Source: Candidatus Latescibacterota bacterium (lineage in GTDB: Bacteria; Latescibacterota; UBA2968; UBA8231). Taken from it: 64,000 bases of DNA. The stretch covers positions 1,312,001 to 1,376,000 of the forward strand of contig OZ220089.1 in NCBI GenBank assembly GCA_964291625.2. The letters are read 5' to 3'. Each line of letters begins with the position of its first letter. Positions within the stretch are counted from its first letter, which is position 1. Shown one piece after another: positions 48,242 through 60,520 of the stretch. The notes under the pieces were generated by a model. It searched no databases, was not told the DNA's origin, and worked only from the letters and a program-made list of their open reading frames with translations. A program made the translations under genes and the position numbers.

Positions 48242-48558
48242 CGCGCCCTGGCGCGAGGTGGATCGGGCAGGGATGGGAGTGGATCCGGGGATCGGGCAGG
48301 TCCGCGGGAAGGAGGACGGGGTCGGGACTAAGGTGGGGGGCGGCCAGCGGCCCCGACAAGCCCGGCCCCCCGGCCCGCCACGGGGTGCTCGATCCCGCGG
48401 GCGGCTCGCTTCCGCATCCCTTGCGCCTCGACGACAGGCCGGACCATCTTCGCGGTTCAGCGAGCCCCTCGCACCGGGGCCCGGGCCTCCTGGTTCCTGA
48501 CGGCGGGCCTCCCGGCCACCGGATGCGCCCCCCTCCCCTTCGCCGATGCGAGAACAGC

Positions 48559-50787
48559 ATGACGCCGACTTCGCGCCAGGGCTACGTCGAGCGCCTGCGC
48601 CTCTGGGTGCCCGGCGCCCGAAGAGAGGCCGAGGGCCTCCTGGACAGCTGGCTGGCCAGCCTCGACCCGGAACCGCTCTCCGGCCTGCAGCAACCGCCTG
48701 CGCTGCCCATCAACCTGGCCCTGGCCGAGGGTTTCCTGGCCCGCGAGGACGGCGACGAGGCCCTGGCGGATGCGGCCGCCCGGCGTCTGGCCGGGTACGG
48801 CCGCTTCGCCGAGGCCTATCCCCGCGACCTCATACCGGACCGCCCCGAGTTTGCCGGCGGCCTGCCGGCGCAGCCCAACTTCTTCCACCTGTCGACGATG
48901 GCCGAGGCCTACCTGGGCATCCGCGAGAGCGCCGCGGTCACCGAGGATCAGCACCGGGCGATCCGCGGGATCCTCGCCGAGAGCTGCGACCTCATCTTCG
49001 CCTTCCCCGAGTGGGGGGCCCACAACCGCACGGCCATCCGCGCCTGGGGACTGCTCGCCGCCGCCCGCGCCTGTGACGGCGACCCGCGCTCCCCACGCTG
49101 GGAGCGGATGGCGCGGGAGCTGATGGCCGACAGCCTCGAGGGCTGGACGATCGAGGACGCCATGCACTACCACTCCATGTGGACCCAGGCGATCCTCGGC
49201 TACCTCGATCTCGCCGGCGGGGAAGCGGCCTTCTTCCGCCAGCCCACCAGCCGCTTCTACTTCGAGTACTACCTCAACCTGCTGTGTCCCATCGGCGGCG
49301 TCGCCGACTTCGGCGACTCCTGGTGGGGATCGAACCTGCCCAAGTACCTGCCCATCTTCGAGCGCGGCGCCCGCGAGTACGGCGACGGCTGCCTGCGCTG
49401 GGCCGCCGGCGAGGTCTTCGAGCGCCTGATGGAACGCCACGGCCCCGGACCCTTCGGCGACCCCGTGATCTGGGTGCAGGCGGCCAACTGGATGGACGAG
49501 ACCGTCGAGCCCCGCGCCCCCACCTGGAGGGGCCGCGAGGTGCTGGACGAGCTGGCGGGCAAGAAGGTCGTCTTCCGCGGCGGGTGGTCGCGGCAGGACA
49601 CCTTCCTGCTGCTCAACTACAAGCCGGACAGCGACTACGGCCGCACCCAGCGGGACTACCTCGAGCACACGATCCCGGTGGAGGCGGAGAAGGCCCATCA
49701 CGGGCACGCCGACGAGAACAGCATCTCCACCCTCACCAGCCGGGGCGCCCTGCTGCTCCACGACGGCGGCTATCGCGAGAAGCTGCCGAACGGGCACTAC
49801 CGGGCCGACCTCTACCACAACCGCGTCGTGGCGCGCAACGAGCTCATGCGCGAGGGGGACTCGCTCTACGACTTCCTGCACAACGACGGGCGCTACCGCC
49901 CGGTGGAGACGAGCCGCATCGACTACCGGCGGTTCTCGCGCGTCGAGTTCTCGCGCACCCGCGTCGTCGACCGCGGCGCCGGGTACCTCCACGACCGCGT
50001 CATCGCCTGGCTCCTCGACGAGGAGATGTTCGTCGTCATCGACGGAATCCAGGCCCTGCGGGACGACGTCTTCACCTTCTCCAACCTCTACCACACGCAG
50101 AAGGTGCTCCAGGAGGGGGAGGGCTGGTTCGACACGGCCATCGATTCCGTGCGCGCCCAGGCGGGCGGGGAGGTCTACACGGCGCCGGAGGAGGCCGCCG
50201 CCCTGGCCGTGGTCTACCCGCCGCGGCCGTGGTTCTGGCATGGCCGGGAGCCGGTCCGGCGCCACTGGCAGGAGGAGGTCCTGCTCCACCAGACGACCTC
50301 GGGCCGGCTGGCGGCCGGCAAGTGGGTCGTCTTCTACTCGGTCCTGGCGCCCCACGGCCGCGGCGAGGACCCGGCCGCCATCGCCGCCCGCATCCGCGTG
50401 GCCGGCGTCGACCGCCCCTCCGCCGCCGGCCTCGTGGTCGACTCCGACCGCGGCGAGACGCTCGTCGGCGTCAAGCTCGACCGCGAGGAGGAGCTGCTCA
50501 TGGAGGACGTGCGCCCGCGCTACACCTGGGACTCCGGCCGCACCCGCTACGGCTGGATCGAGACCGACGCCCGCTTCGTGTGGGCCCGGCGCCGGGAGGG
50601 GTCGGTCTCGTACGCCTGCACCGAGGCGATGCGCCTCGACTGCGGCGGCTCCACCCTCCTCGATGCGCCGTCGTACCAGTTCACCCTGCAGTACGCCGGC
50701 CCCAAGGTCAGGGACAGCCCGTCCAAGTGGCGGGCCTGGGAGGAGGAGGACGTGGGGCTTCCCGGAGGGACGGGCGGCGGCGGCTAA
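48559..50787 (+). CDS. Heparinase II/III-like protein (putative oligosaccharide lyase)
   Basis: Helical N-domain with HNR, IEDAMHYH, DFGDS; HHGHADENSI..LLLHDGGY..YHNRVV; no signal peptide. Confidence 0.65.
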   Translation: MTPTSRQGYVERLRLWVPGARREAEGLLDSWLASLDPEPLSGLQQPPALPINLALAEGFLAREDGDEALADAAARRLAGYGRFAEAYPRDLIPDRPEFAGGLPAQPNFFHLSTMAEAYLGIRESAAVTEDQHRAIRGILAESCDLIFAFPEWGAHNRTAIRAWGLLAAARACDGDPRSPRWERMARELMADSLEGWTIEDAMHYHSMWTQAILGYLDLAGGEAAFFRQPTSRFYFEYYLNLLCPIGGVADFGDSWWGSNLPKYLPIFERGAREYGDGCLRWAAGEVFERLMERHGPGPFGDPVIWVQAANWMDETVEPRAPTWRGREVLDELAGKKVVFRGGWSRQDTFLLLNYKPDSDYGRTQRDYLEHTIPVEAEKAHHGHADENSISTLTSRGALLLHDGGYREKLPNGHYRADLYHNRVVARNELMREGDSLYDFLHNDGRYRPVETSRIDYRRFSRVEFSRTRVVDRGAGYLHDRVIAWLLDEEMFVVIDGIQALRDDVFTFSNLYHTQKVLQEGEGWFDTAIDSVRAQAGGEVYTAPEEAAALAVVYPPRPWFWHGREPVRRHWQEEVLLHQTTSGRLAAGKWVVFYSVLAPHGRGEDPAAIAARIRVAGVDRPSAAGLVVDSDRGETLVGVKLDREEELLMEDVRPRYTWDSGRTRYGWIETDARFVWARRREGSVSYACTEAMRLDCGGSTLLDAPSYQFTLQYAGPKVRDSPSKWRAWEEEDVGLPGGTGGGG

Positions 50788-53492
50788 CGCGGCGCCAGCC
50801 GCTCCAGCAGTTGCAGGCGCAGGGACTCCAGGACATCGAAGTTGACGATCTTGCCGCCCTCGGCGTCGACGATGTAGAAGGCGTCGGTGGCGCGGTCGGT
50901 GACGGTATTGATGATCGCCATGTGGATGTGGCAGCCCTGCTCGCCGAGGCAGTGGGTGATGGTGTAGAGCAGGCCCACCTCGTCCTGGGCGTTGACGTCG
51001 ACCACGGTGTAGCGGTCGGAGACCTGGTTCTCGAAGAGCACCTCCGGATCGCGCACGGGCCGGTCGCGGCGGCGGCTCCAGTTGGCGCTGTAGCGGTCGA
51101 AGAGCTCCTGCACGGCCAGCTCGCCGGCGATCACCTGCGACAGGCGCCGTTCGAGGCGCTGCTTCTTCCACGGGGGCAGGGCCGCGGTGCCGTCCACGTC
51201 GGTGACCTGGAAGGTGTCGATGACGACATCGTCGTCGCGGGTCTGCACGTCGGCGCGCAGGATGTTGATGTCGTGGACGGCGAGGACCCCGCAGATCTCG
51301 GCCAGCAGGTGGCGCTGGTCGCCGGCGCAGACGACGACCTCCGTGTGGTCGGGGTGCTCCACGTACTCCAGCAGCACCCGCTCCCCCCCGGAGGCGCGGG
51401 CCTCCACCAGCGCCAGGTGCCGCTCGATCTGCTTGCGATCGTAGGCCAGCAGGTAGCGTTCGGACAGGCTCCCCACGTGGGCCTCGAAGGCCTCCACCTT
51501 CTCCGGCGCCCAACGGCCGCGGACCCCCTCCAGGTGCCCGTCGACGATCGCCCGCGCCCGGGCGCGCTCCTCCAGGCTCTCCATGCCCGAGGCGAGCTGC
51601 TCCATGGTCTTGTGGTAGAGCTCCCAGAGCAGGGCGCCCTGCCAGTCGGTCCAGGCGTCGGCGGCGACGGCGGACAGGTCGGCGTAGGACATCAGGTAGA
51701 GGGCGCGCAGCCAGTCGGGTTCGGCGAAGCGGCCGGCGAAGTCGGCGATCATGCGGTGATCGTCGAGGTCGCGGCGCTTGGAGATGGTCACCATCTCCTG
51801 GTGGTTCTCGATGAGGAACAGGACCTGCCTCGTATCCGCCTCGGACAGCCCGATGCGCTCGCACAGCCCGGCGCCCATGCGCAGGCCGACGCTGATGTGC
51901 TCCTCGCGGCGGGACTTGCCGATGTCGTGGAGGAGCATGCCCAGAAAGAGCAGCTCCTTGCGCTCGATCTCGGAGGCGGCCAGCACCAGCGACGGCGGTC
52001 CCTCGCCGCGCAGCAGCTCCTCGAGCTTCTCCAGGCCCACCAGGGTGTGCTCGTCCACCGTGTAGAGGTGGTAGATGTCGTACTGCACCAGGCAGGTCAG
52101 GTCCCCGAACTCCGGGAGGTAGGCGCCGAGGACGCCGAGATCGTGCATCGCCCTCAGGGTGGCGGCGGTGTTCCGCCGGCGCTCGAGGATGCGCAGGAAG
52201 AGGTCGCGGGCTTCCGGGCGGCGGCGCACGCCGTCGTCGATCAGGTGGGTCGACTGGCGCAGGAGGCGGCAGACCGGCTCCGACAGGTACAGGCGCCGGG
52301 TCTGGGACAGGCGGAAGATCGACAGCAGCCGCAGCGGGTCGGCGGCCAGCCACTCGGCGCCGCCGGGCAGCTCGATCTGGTTGTCGACGGCCACCACCCC
52401 CGGCTCCAGCAGCAGCCGCCGGCCCCGCCGGGGTCCCGCCGCCAGGCGGTCGAAACCGAGCCGCGCCGCGTGGAAGGCCTGGCTGGCATGCAGGTAGTAG
52501 TCGCGGAGGAAGGCCTCCACGGCCAGCTCGCGGCCGCGGTCGGCGCCGGTGCGGTCCGGCGTCCCCACGCGCAGCAGGTCCCCCTGGCTCGGCAGCTCCC
52601 CGGGGGCGCCGACGGCGCGGTCGAAGTAGCCGAGGCTGCGGGCCACGACGGGTTTGATCTCGTTGCCGAGGACGTCGTGCTTGCGGCCCATGGAGAAGTG
52701 CAGCTCGTGGCGGATGCGCCACAGGAAGTCGCGCCCCCCCGCCAGGGCCCGCAGGTCCTGCTCGTCGAGGTAGCGGCCGAGGCCCTCGGCGGCGTCGGCG
52801 GTGCGCTCGCGGGCCTTGACGGCCCACTCCAGCAGGTGGATCTCGCGCAGGCCGCCGGGTGATTCCTTGACGTTGGGCTCCAGCAACTGCACCGAGCCGG
52901 TGTGGGCCCCGCGCTCCAGGTGCAGCCGCCGCAGGCGCCCGGCGGTGCCCTTCGGCAGCCGCGCCAGCAGGCGCTTGCGAAAGTCGGCGAAGAGCCCGGC
53001 GTCGCCGGCCAGCAGGCGCGCGTCGAGCATGGCCGTGCACGACTCCAGGTCGCGCGACATCTCGACGCATTCCGAGAGGGTGCGGCTGCTGTGGCCGATG
53101 TCGAAGCCGAGGTCCCACAACGGGTGCAGGACCCCGGCGACGAGCTCCGCCTTCTTGTCGCGCTTGCGGGCGAAGAGGAAGAGCAGGTCCACGTCGGAGC
53201 GGGGCGCCATCTCGCCGCGGCCGTAGCCGCCGAGGGCGGCCAGGGCGTGGCGCACCTCCGGGTGGGGGCCGGCCCCGGTCTCCCAGGCGTCGAGGACGAC
53301 GGCGTCGGCGGTGGCGGCGATGCCCGCCGCCGTCTCGAGGCCGCCGGCGCCGGCCTTGTGGGCGCGGGACAACTCCTCCAGGCGCCACTCCCAGAAGCCG
53401 AGCCGGGCCTCGGTGGAAGCGCCGCGGTCGCGCAGCTGCCGGCGCAGATCACGCAGCAGTCCGTCCCTGGAGTCGCCTTGGGGCGGGGACAT
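50784..53492 (-). CDS. glnD: [protein-PII] uridylyltransferase
   Basis: ALGGYGRGEMAPRSDVDL, EPNVKESPGGLRE, YHLYTVDEH, LLHDIGK, two ACT domains. Confidence 0.95.
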   Translation of the reverse strand: MSPPQGDSRDGLLRDLRRQLRDRGASTEARLGFWEWRLEELSRAHKAGAGGLETAAGIAATADAVVLDAWETGAGPHPEVRHALAALGGYGRGEMAPRSDVDLLFLFARKRDKKAELVAGVLHPLWDLGFDIGHSSRTLSECVEMSRDLESCTAMLDARLLAGDAGLFADFRKRLLARLPKGTAGRLRRLHLERGAHTGSVQLLEPNVKESPGGLREIHLLEWAVKARERTADAAEGLGRYLDEQDLRALAGGRDFLWRIRHELHFSMGRKHDVLGNEIKPVVARSLGYFDRAVGAPGELPSQGDLLRVGTPDRTGADRGRELAVEAFLRDYYLHASQAFHAARLGFDRLAAGPRRGRRLLLEPGVVAVDNQIELPGGAEWLAADPLRLLSIFRLSQTRRLYLSEPVCRLLRQSTHLIDDGVRRRPEARDLFLRILERRRNTAATLRAMHDLGVLGAYLPEFGDLTCLVQYDIYHLYTVDEHTLVGLEKLEELLRGEGPPSLVLAASEIERKELLFLGMLLHDIGKSRREEHISVGLRMGAGLCERIGLSEADTRQVLFLIENHQEMVTISKRRDLDDHRMIADFAGRFAEPDWLRALYLMSYADLSAVAADAWTDWQGALLWELYHKTMEQLASGMESLEERARARAIVDGHLEGVRGRWAPEKVEAFEAHVGSLSERYLLAYDRKQIERHLALVEARASGGERVLLEYVEHPDHTEVVVCAGDQRHLLAEICGVLAVHDINILRADVQTRDDDVVIDTFQVTDVDGTAALPPWKKQRLERRLSQVIAGELAVQELFDRYSANWSRRRDRPVRDPEVLFENQVSDRYTVVDVNAQDEVGLLYTITHCLGEQGCHIHMAIINTVTDRATDAFYIVDAEGGKIVNFDVLESLRLQLLERLAPR

Positions 53493-53568
53493 GGCTCGGG
53501 CTGGAGGATCGCCGGGGCCGCTCAGGGCCGCCCGGCGGCGGAGTTCCGGAGGCCGGGGCCGCCCGCGT

Positions 53569-56064
<2,496 letters not shown>

Positions 56065-56205
56065 GACTCTCTCCTGGGTCTCTCCGGATGGCCGGAAAGG
56101 GCCCTCCGTTGAGCTCGTAAGTAACGGATAAATCTCCACTTCTGTGTTGTCCCGTGTCAAGGTCGAGGGGGGCCCGCGGCGGTCTCCGGCGCGCCGGTCC
56201 GGCGC

Positions 56206-56235
56206 TTGACATCGTTCGCGTGATCCCGGTATAGT
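56206..56235 (+). promoter_or_regulatory. Sigma70 promoter of hflX (probably leaderless)
   Basis: TTGACA-18-TATAGT-6 nt-ATG. Confidence 0.65.
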
Positions 56236-56241
56236 GGCTGC

Positions 56242-57552
56242 ATGAGTCACCCCACCGCTGCGCCCCGCGAGTCCGCCCTGCTCGTCGGCCTGGCCCTGCC
56301 GGGCATGCCCGCGTGGGAAGTGCGGGAGTCCCTCGACGAGCTCGCCCGCCTGGCCGACACCGCGACCCTGGCCGTGGCCGAGCGCCTGCTGCAGACGCGC
56401 CCCCGCGTCGACCCCGCCTACTACATCGGCAAGGGCAAGGCCAACCAGCTGCGCGAGCTGGCCGAGGGCTGCGGGGCCGACATGGTTCTCTTCGACAACG
56501 ACCTGTCCCCCGCCCAGATGCGCAACCTCGAGAAGCTCACGGAGATGCGCATCCTCGACCGCAGCGCCATCATCCTCGACATCTTCGCCCGCCACGCGCG
56601 CACGCGCTCGGCCCACGTGCAGGTCGAGCTGGCGCAGCTCAAGTACCTGCTGCCGCGCCTGACCCGCGCCTGGACCCACCTGTCGCGCCAGGCCGGCGGC
56701 GGCGCCATCCGCGGCATGGGGGCCGCCGGCGGCCGCGGCCCTGGGGAGACCCAGCTAGAGGTCGACCGCCGCCTGGTCCGCACCCGCATCGGCACCCTGC
56801 AGAGCGAGCTCAACCGCATCGGCTCGCAGATGGCCAATGCGCGCAAGGGCCGCGGGGATCTCTTCCGCGTCGCCCTCGTGGGCTACACCAACGCCGGCAA
56901 GTCGACCCTCATGCGGGCCCTGTCCGGCGCCGACGTCCTCGTGCAGGACCAACTCTTCGCCACCCTCGACTCCACGACCCGCTCCGTCGACCTCGAGGGC
57001 GGGCCCCGGATCCTGCTCACCGACACGGTGGGCTTCATCAACCGCCTGCCCCACCATCTCTTCGCCTCCTTCCGCGCCACCCTCGAGGAGGCCGCCGAGG
57101 CCGACCTGCTGCTGCACGTGGTCGACCGCTCGCACCCGCAGTACGCCCACCAGATGGGCACCGTCGAGGGCGTCCTCGCCGAGCTCGGCATCGAGGACCG
57201 GCCGCTGCTGGTGGTCCACAACAAGATCGACCGCCTCGATCCGGACGGAGATGAGGAGGAGGAGACCACCGCCTGCGGCCGGGAGGACGTGGTGGCCGTC
57301 TCCGCCCTCACCGGCACGGGCCTCGACGACCTGCGCGCCGCGATCCGCGGCCACTGCCAGGAGCAGGAAGTCACCCTCGACCTGTGCATCCCCCAGGCCG
57401 AGGGCCGGCTGCTGTCGCAGCTGCACGAGCAGGGAGAGGTCCTGGAGCAGTCCTACGACCCGCGCGAAGTCCGCCTGCGGGTGCGCCTCGGCCGCGCCTG
57501 GGCCGAGCGCTGGAGCCTGGAGCGCTTCCAGCCCACCGAGGCCGGTCCCTAG
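56242..57552 (+). CDS. hflX: GTPase HflX
   Basis: GPGETQLEVDRR, GYTNAGKST, LFATLD, DTVGF, NKID. Confidence 0.96.
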   Translation: MSHPTAAPRESALLVGLALPGMPAWEVRESLDELARLADTATLAVAERLLQTRPRVDPAYYIGKGKANQLRELAEGCGADMVLFDNDLSPAQMRNLEKLTEMRILDRSAIILDIFARHARTRSAHVQVELAQLKYLLPRLTRAWTHLSRQAGGGAIRGMGAAGGRGPGETQLEVDRRLVRTRIGTLQSELNRIGSQMANARKGRGDLFRVALVGYTNAGKSTLMRALSGADVLVQDQLFATLDSTTRSVDLEGGPRILLTDTVGFINRLPHHLFASFRATLEEAAEADLLLHVVDRSHPQYAHQMGTVEGVLAELGIEDRPLLVVHNKIDRLDPDGDEEEETTACGREDVVAVSALTGTGLDDLRAAIRGHCQEQEVTLDLCIPQAEGRLLSQLHEQGEVLEQSYDPREVRLRVRLGRAWAERWSLERFQPTEAGP

Positions 57553-58157
57553 CCCTCCAGCTTTCCCTCTTTCACGGAATCGGCGATCAGCCGCCGCGCG
57601 AACTCCCACAGCGCCGGCGAGCCGTCGGCGATGTGCTGGTTGCGGTCCACCACCTGGGCCGCGCGCACGCCGTGCCGCCGCCAGCCGGTGACGCCCTCCA
57701 TGTGGTAGTTGAGGATCAGCGGCTGCAGCCGGTCGAGGGCGGCCGCGTACCGGGCCTCGGGAGTCTCGCGGGCCTCGAACTCCTCCCACAGCCGCCGCAG
57801 GGAGTCGCCCTGGTCCTCGGGCAGCAGCCCGAAGATCCGCTCCGCGGCGGCGCGCTCACGCTCCTCCTTGCCGACGTTGGCCTCCTCGTCGTAGGCGAAG
57901 GTGTCGCCGGCGTCGATCTCCACGAGATCGTGGATCAGGTGCATGGTCAGCACCTTGCACAGGTCCACCTCCGCGGCAGCGTGCTCGTGCAGGACCACCG
58001 CCATCAGCGCCAGGTGCCACGAGTGCTCGGCGTCGTTCTCCCAGCGGCTGTCGTCGGTGAGGCGGGACCGCCGGAAGACCTGCTTGAGGCGGTCCACGGC
58101 GACGATGAATTGGATCTGTTGGGTGAGCGGGTCGGGGGGTGGCATGGGGCTGTCCAT
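57549..58157 (-). CDS. HD-domain 5'-deoxynucleotidase-like protein
   Basis: ENDAEHSWH, IHDLVEIDAGD, LWEEFE, LDRLQP. Confidence 0.9.
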   Translation of the reverse strand: MDSPMPPPDPLTQQIQFIVAVDRLKQVFRRSRLTDDSRWENDAEHSWHLALMAVVLHEHAAAEVDLCKVLTMHLIHDLVEIDAGDTFAYDEEANVGKEERERAAAERIFGLLPEDQGDSLRRLWEEFEARETPEARYAAALDRLQPLILNYHMEGVTGWRRHGVRAAQVVDRNQHIADGSPALWEFARRLIADSVKEGKLEG

Positions 58158-58176
58158 CAGAGGTTGGTGGGCATCG

Positions 58177-58956
58177 CTATTTCTGGGATTTGCACGGGCG
58201 TTGGTTCAGTTTCCAGCCGTTCAGCCTCCTTACCTCCAGCAGCTTTTCCCGGGACACATGCAGATCCACGTCCAGATGGCGTTTCAGCTCGGAGTCATCC
58301 ATTGAAAGGGGCACATCCTTCTGCAGCGAGAATCCGTGCTTCAACACGCACACGTGGAGGGTCAGCCCCTCGGCCTCCAGATCCTCCTTGTGTTTGCCGC
58401 CCCGCACCACGCCGATCCCCTCCCTGATCACCCCCAGGAAATTGGCGATGGTCGAGTTGTCGGTGCTCTCCAAGAGGTGGAACCAGAGGCCCCAAACAGG
58501 CTCGCGCATCAGCTTCAGCACGTCCTTGTGGATTGGAAAGACGTTACTCTTGTTGGATTCTCCACCCTTAGTGGACCACCCACCCGCCTTGAACTCGACG
58601 TTGCAGCGGCGGCATCTCGTCTGGAGGTCATATACGGTGAGGTCCGTCTGAGCTGAGATCTCCTTCGTCTCACCGGTGAACTGGTAGGTCTTGTCGGTAG
58701 GCGTCTCGACGGAATACCTGAACTGCCCGGCCGTGCACAAGGCTTCGACGAAGGCGAACCTGGCCCCCTGCTCACTGACACGCAAATCCCCCTTCTCGCC
58801 CTCCTTCTTCCCACGGTAACGCGGAAAGAGGAGGCGACATCTGTCGGTGTCGTTCGACTGGCATTCGCTTCGCTCGTACGCCTCCCACAGCAGACGGTCC
58901 GTCCGCCTGCACTGACTCGAGATGCCCGCGGGCACCGTCGTCGTGGAACTTTCCAC
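58177..58956 (-). CDS. Hypothetical protein, PD-(D/E)XK-like motif, lower GC
   Basis: VSEQ..RF..YSVETPT..TDLTVY..NVEFKA. Confidence 0.55.
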   Translation of the reverse strand: MESSTTTVPAGISSQCRRTDRLLWEAYERSECQSNDTDRCRLLFPRYRGKKEGEKGDLRVSEQGARFAFVEALCTAGQFRYSVETPTDKTYQFTGETKEISAQTDLTVYDLQTRCRRCNVEFKAGGWSTKGGESNKSNVFPIHKDVLKLMREPVWGLWFHLLESTDNSTIANFLGVIREGIGVVRGGKHKEDLEAEGLTLHVCVLKHGFSLQKDVPLSMDDSELKRHLDVDLHVSREKLLEVRRLNGWKLNQRPCKSQK

Positions 58957-59054
58957 TGGTCCTCCCTTCGAGAGGTCGTTGTAGTGTGGTGGTCACCGGC
59001 AACGGTAAGGCCTCCGGCCGCAGCAGGTCCACCCTCAGACCTCCCACGATTCGC

Positions 59055-59140
59055 CGTCCCTCTGGCGCGTCCAGAGCCAAGCCCACGTCGAGCAGGACCC
59101 GCTTCCCTTGGGCCTCGATCTCGATGCAGGTGCCGCCGTG
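59055..59140 (-). pseudogene. N-terminal fragment of an MBL-fold (RNase J-like) hydrolase
   Basis: GGTCIEIEAQGKRVLLDVGLALD; no HxHxDH follows. Confidence 0.6.
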
Positions 59141-59308
59141 CTTCCTCGGGACTTCCACGGCCCGGCCTCGGACCGTCTCCGGCGTGCCGGAAGGAACGCC
59201 TCGGAGGGAGGCCCGGCCGCTGTTGACGAGAGCTTGAACGCCCCCCTAAGCTAGCGCGCAAGCTGACCCCCGCCGCGGGCGCGGGGCAACTTCCGGGCAG
59301 AGGTTCCC

Positions 59309-60499
59309 ATGGATTGGCGCGACATCGCCAGGCGCATCGAGGCAGGTGAGGACGGGAAGACCGAGTTCAAACGGGATCTCGCGGAACTCTCCGGCATCGG
59401 CCGGGCGATCTGCGCCTTCGCCAACGCCGACGGCGGCCTGATCATCCTGGGCGTCGACGACCGCGGTGCCATCGTCGGCGTGAGAGAGGATCCCGATGCG
59501 GCCCAGGAGAGGATGACCAGCTTTCTGCACTCGGGATGCAGCGCTCCGGTTTCCGCGCGCTGCGGGCGGCACGACGCCGCCAACGGATGGGTGCATTGGA
59601 TCGAGGTGCCCCGCCAGCGGGGGTTCGAGCCGCTCCACCACCGCGGACGCGTATGGATCCGGCGGGAACGCAGCAGCGTGGAGCCGTCGCCCACCGAGCT
59701 CCAGGAGCTGTACAACACCTTCGGCTTTGTTCTGACGGAAGAGCAGGTCATCCCCGCGGCGAGCATGGAGGACATCGACGCCGGAGCCTTCCGGTCCTTC
59801 CTGCGCGCCCAGGGGCTCGATACCGAGGAGGAACCGCAGCCGCCCATCGGCGACGACCTCCGCAACCGGCGCATTGTCGCGGAGTTCGACGGAACCCTGT
59901 GCCCTACCCTCTACGGATTGATGGCCTTCGGCAGGGAGCCGCAGGCGCACCCCCAGACGGCGAGCTTCTTCGTCCAGTGCACCGCCTATGCCGGCGAGGA
60001 CCGGGCCTCGGAGGTCATTCTCTCCGGAGAGGGAAAAGAGCGTCTTGATGAGCAGGTACGCCGCGCCGCGGGATGGGTTCGAGGCCTGGGCTGGACCGAG
60101 CGGTACCACGGCCTCGAACGGGAGGACAGGCCCCTGATCCCCGAGAAGGCGTTGCGGGAGGCGATGGTCAACGCCGTCGTCCACCGCGACTACGCGATCA
60201 CCGGGGCAAAGGTCCTGCTGGAAGTGTTCCGGGACCGCCTCGAGGTGACCAGCCCCGGCACCCTGCCGAATCACATGAGGGTCGAGAACGTTTACTCCGG
60301 CGGGAACCCCCGGTCGCGAAACGAGCTGATGGCCAACGCCATCCTCGTCGCCCGCCTGATGGAGCAGCGGGGACGGGGATGGCCGGTGATGCGGCAGGCG
60401 ATGCGGGAGTTCAATGGCACCGAGCCGGAGCTCGTGCAGGAGGAGGGCGGGAAGTTCGTGCGCGTTACGTTCCGCATTCGAGACCGCGGCGGCGGCTGA
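59309..60499 (+). CDS. Schlafen/AlbA_2 domain + RecG-C (HATPase_c_4)-like protein
   Basis: GEDGKTEFKR, ICAFANADGG..LGVDD; ALREAMVNAVVHRDY, EVTSPG, SRNELMA, MEQRGRG. Confidence 0.9.
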   Translation: MDWRDIARRIEAGEDGKTEFKRDLAELSGIGRAICAFANADGGLIILGVDDRGAIVGVREDPDAAQERMTSFLHSGCSAPVSARCGRHDAANGWVHWIEVPRQRGFEPLHHRGRVWIRRERSSVEPSPTELQELYNTFGFVLTEEQVIPAASMEDIDAGAFRSFLRAQGLDTEEEPQPPIGDDLRNRRIVAEFDGTLCPTLYGLMAFGREPQAHPQTASFFVQCTAYAGEDRASEVILSGEGKERLDEQVRRAAGWVRGLGWTERYHGLEREDRPLIPEKALREAMVNAVVHRDYAITGAKVLLEVFRDRLEVTSPGTLPNHMRVENVYSGGNPRSRNELMANAILVARLMEQRGRGWPVMRQAMREFNGTEPELVQEEGGKFVRVTFRIRDRGGG

Positions 60500-60520
60500 T
60501 TCGCAGACCGTCGAGCACTC

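Noticed and set aside
48259-48300. Short direct repeat ggatcgggcagg x2
   Set aside because: Two copies in GC-rich intergenic DNA are insufficient evidence of function
43164-48560. 1798-aa giant TBDR fusion
   Set aside because: The first ~818 codons are an off-frame shadow of the DUF6785-like gene; the signal peptide begins at ATG 46106
48457-53388. Very long alternative-frame ORFs (1643 aa here; also 40650-44747, 14333-17716, 49179-52862, 12687-15542)
   Set aside because: Arg/Gly/Pro/Ala-rich or antisense shadows of well-supported genes, caused by high GC and scarce stop codons
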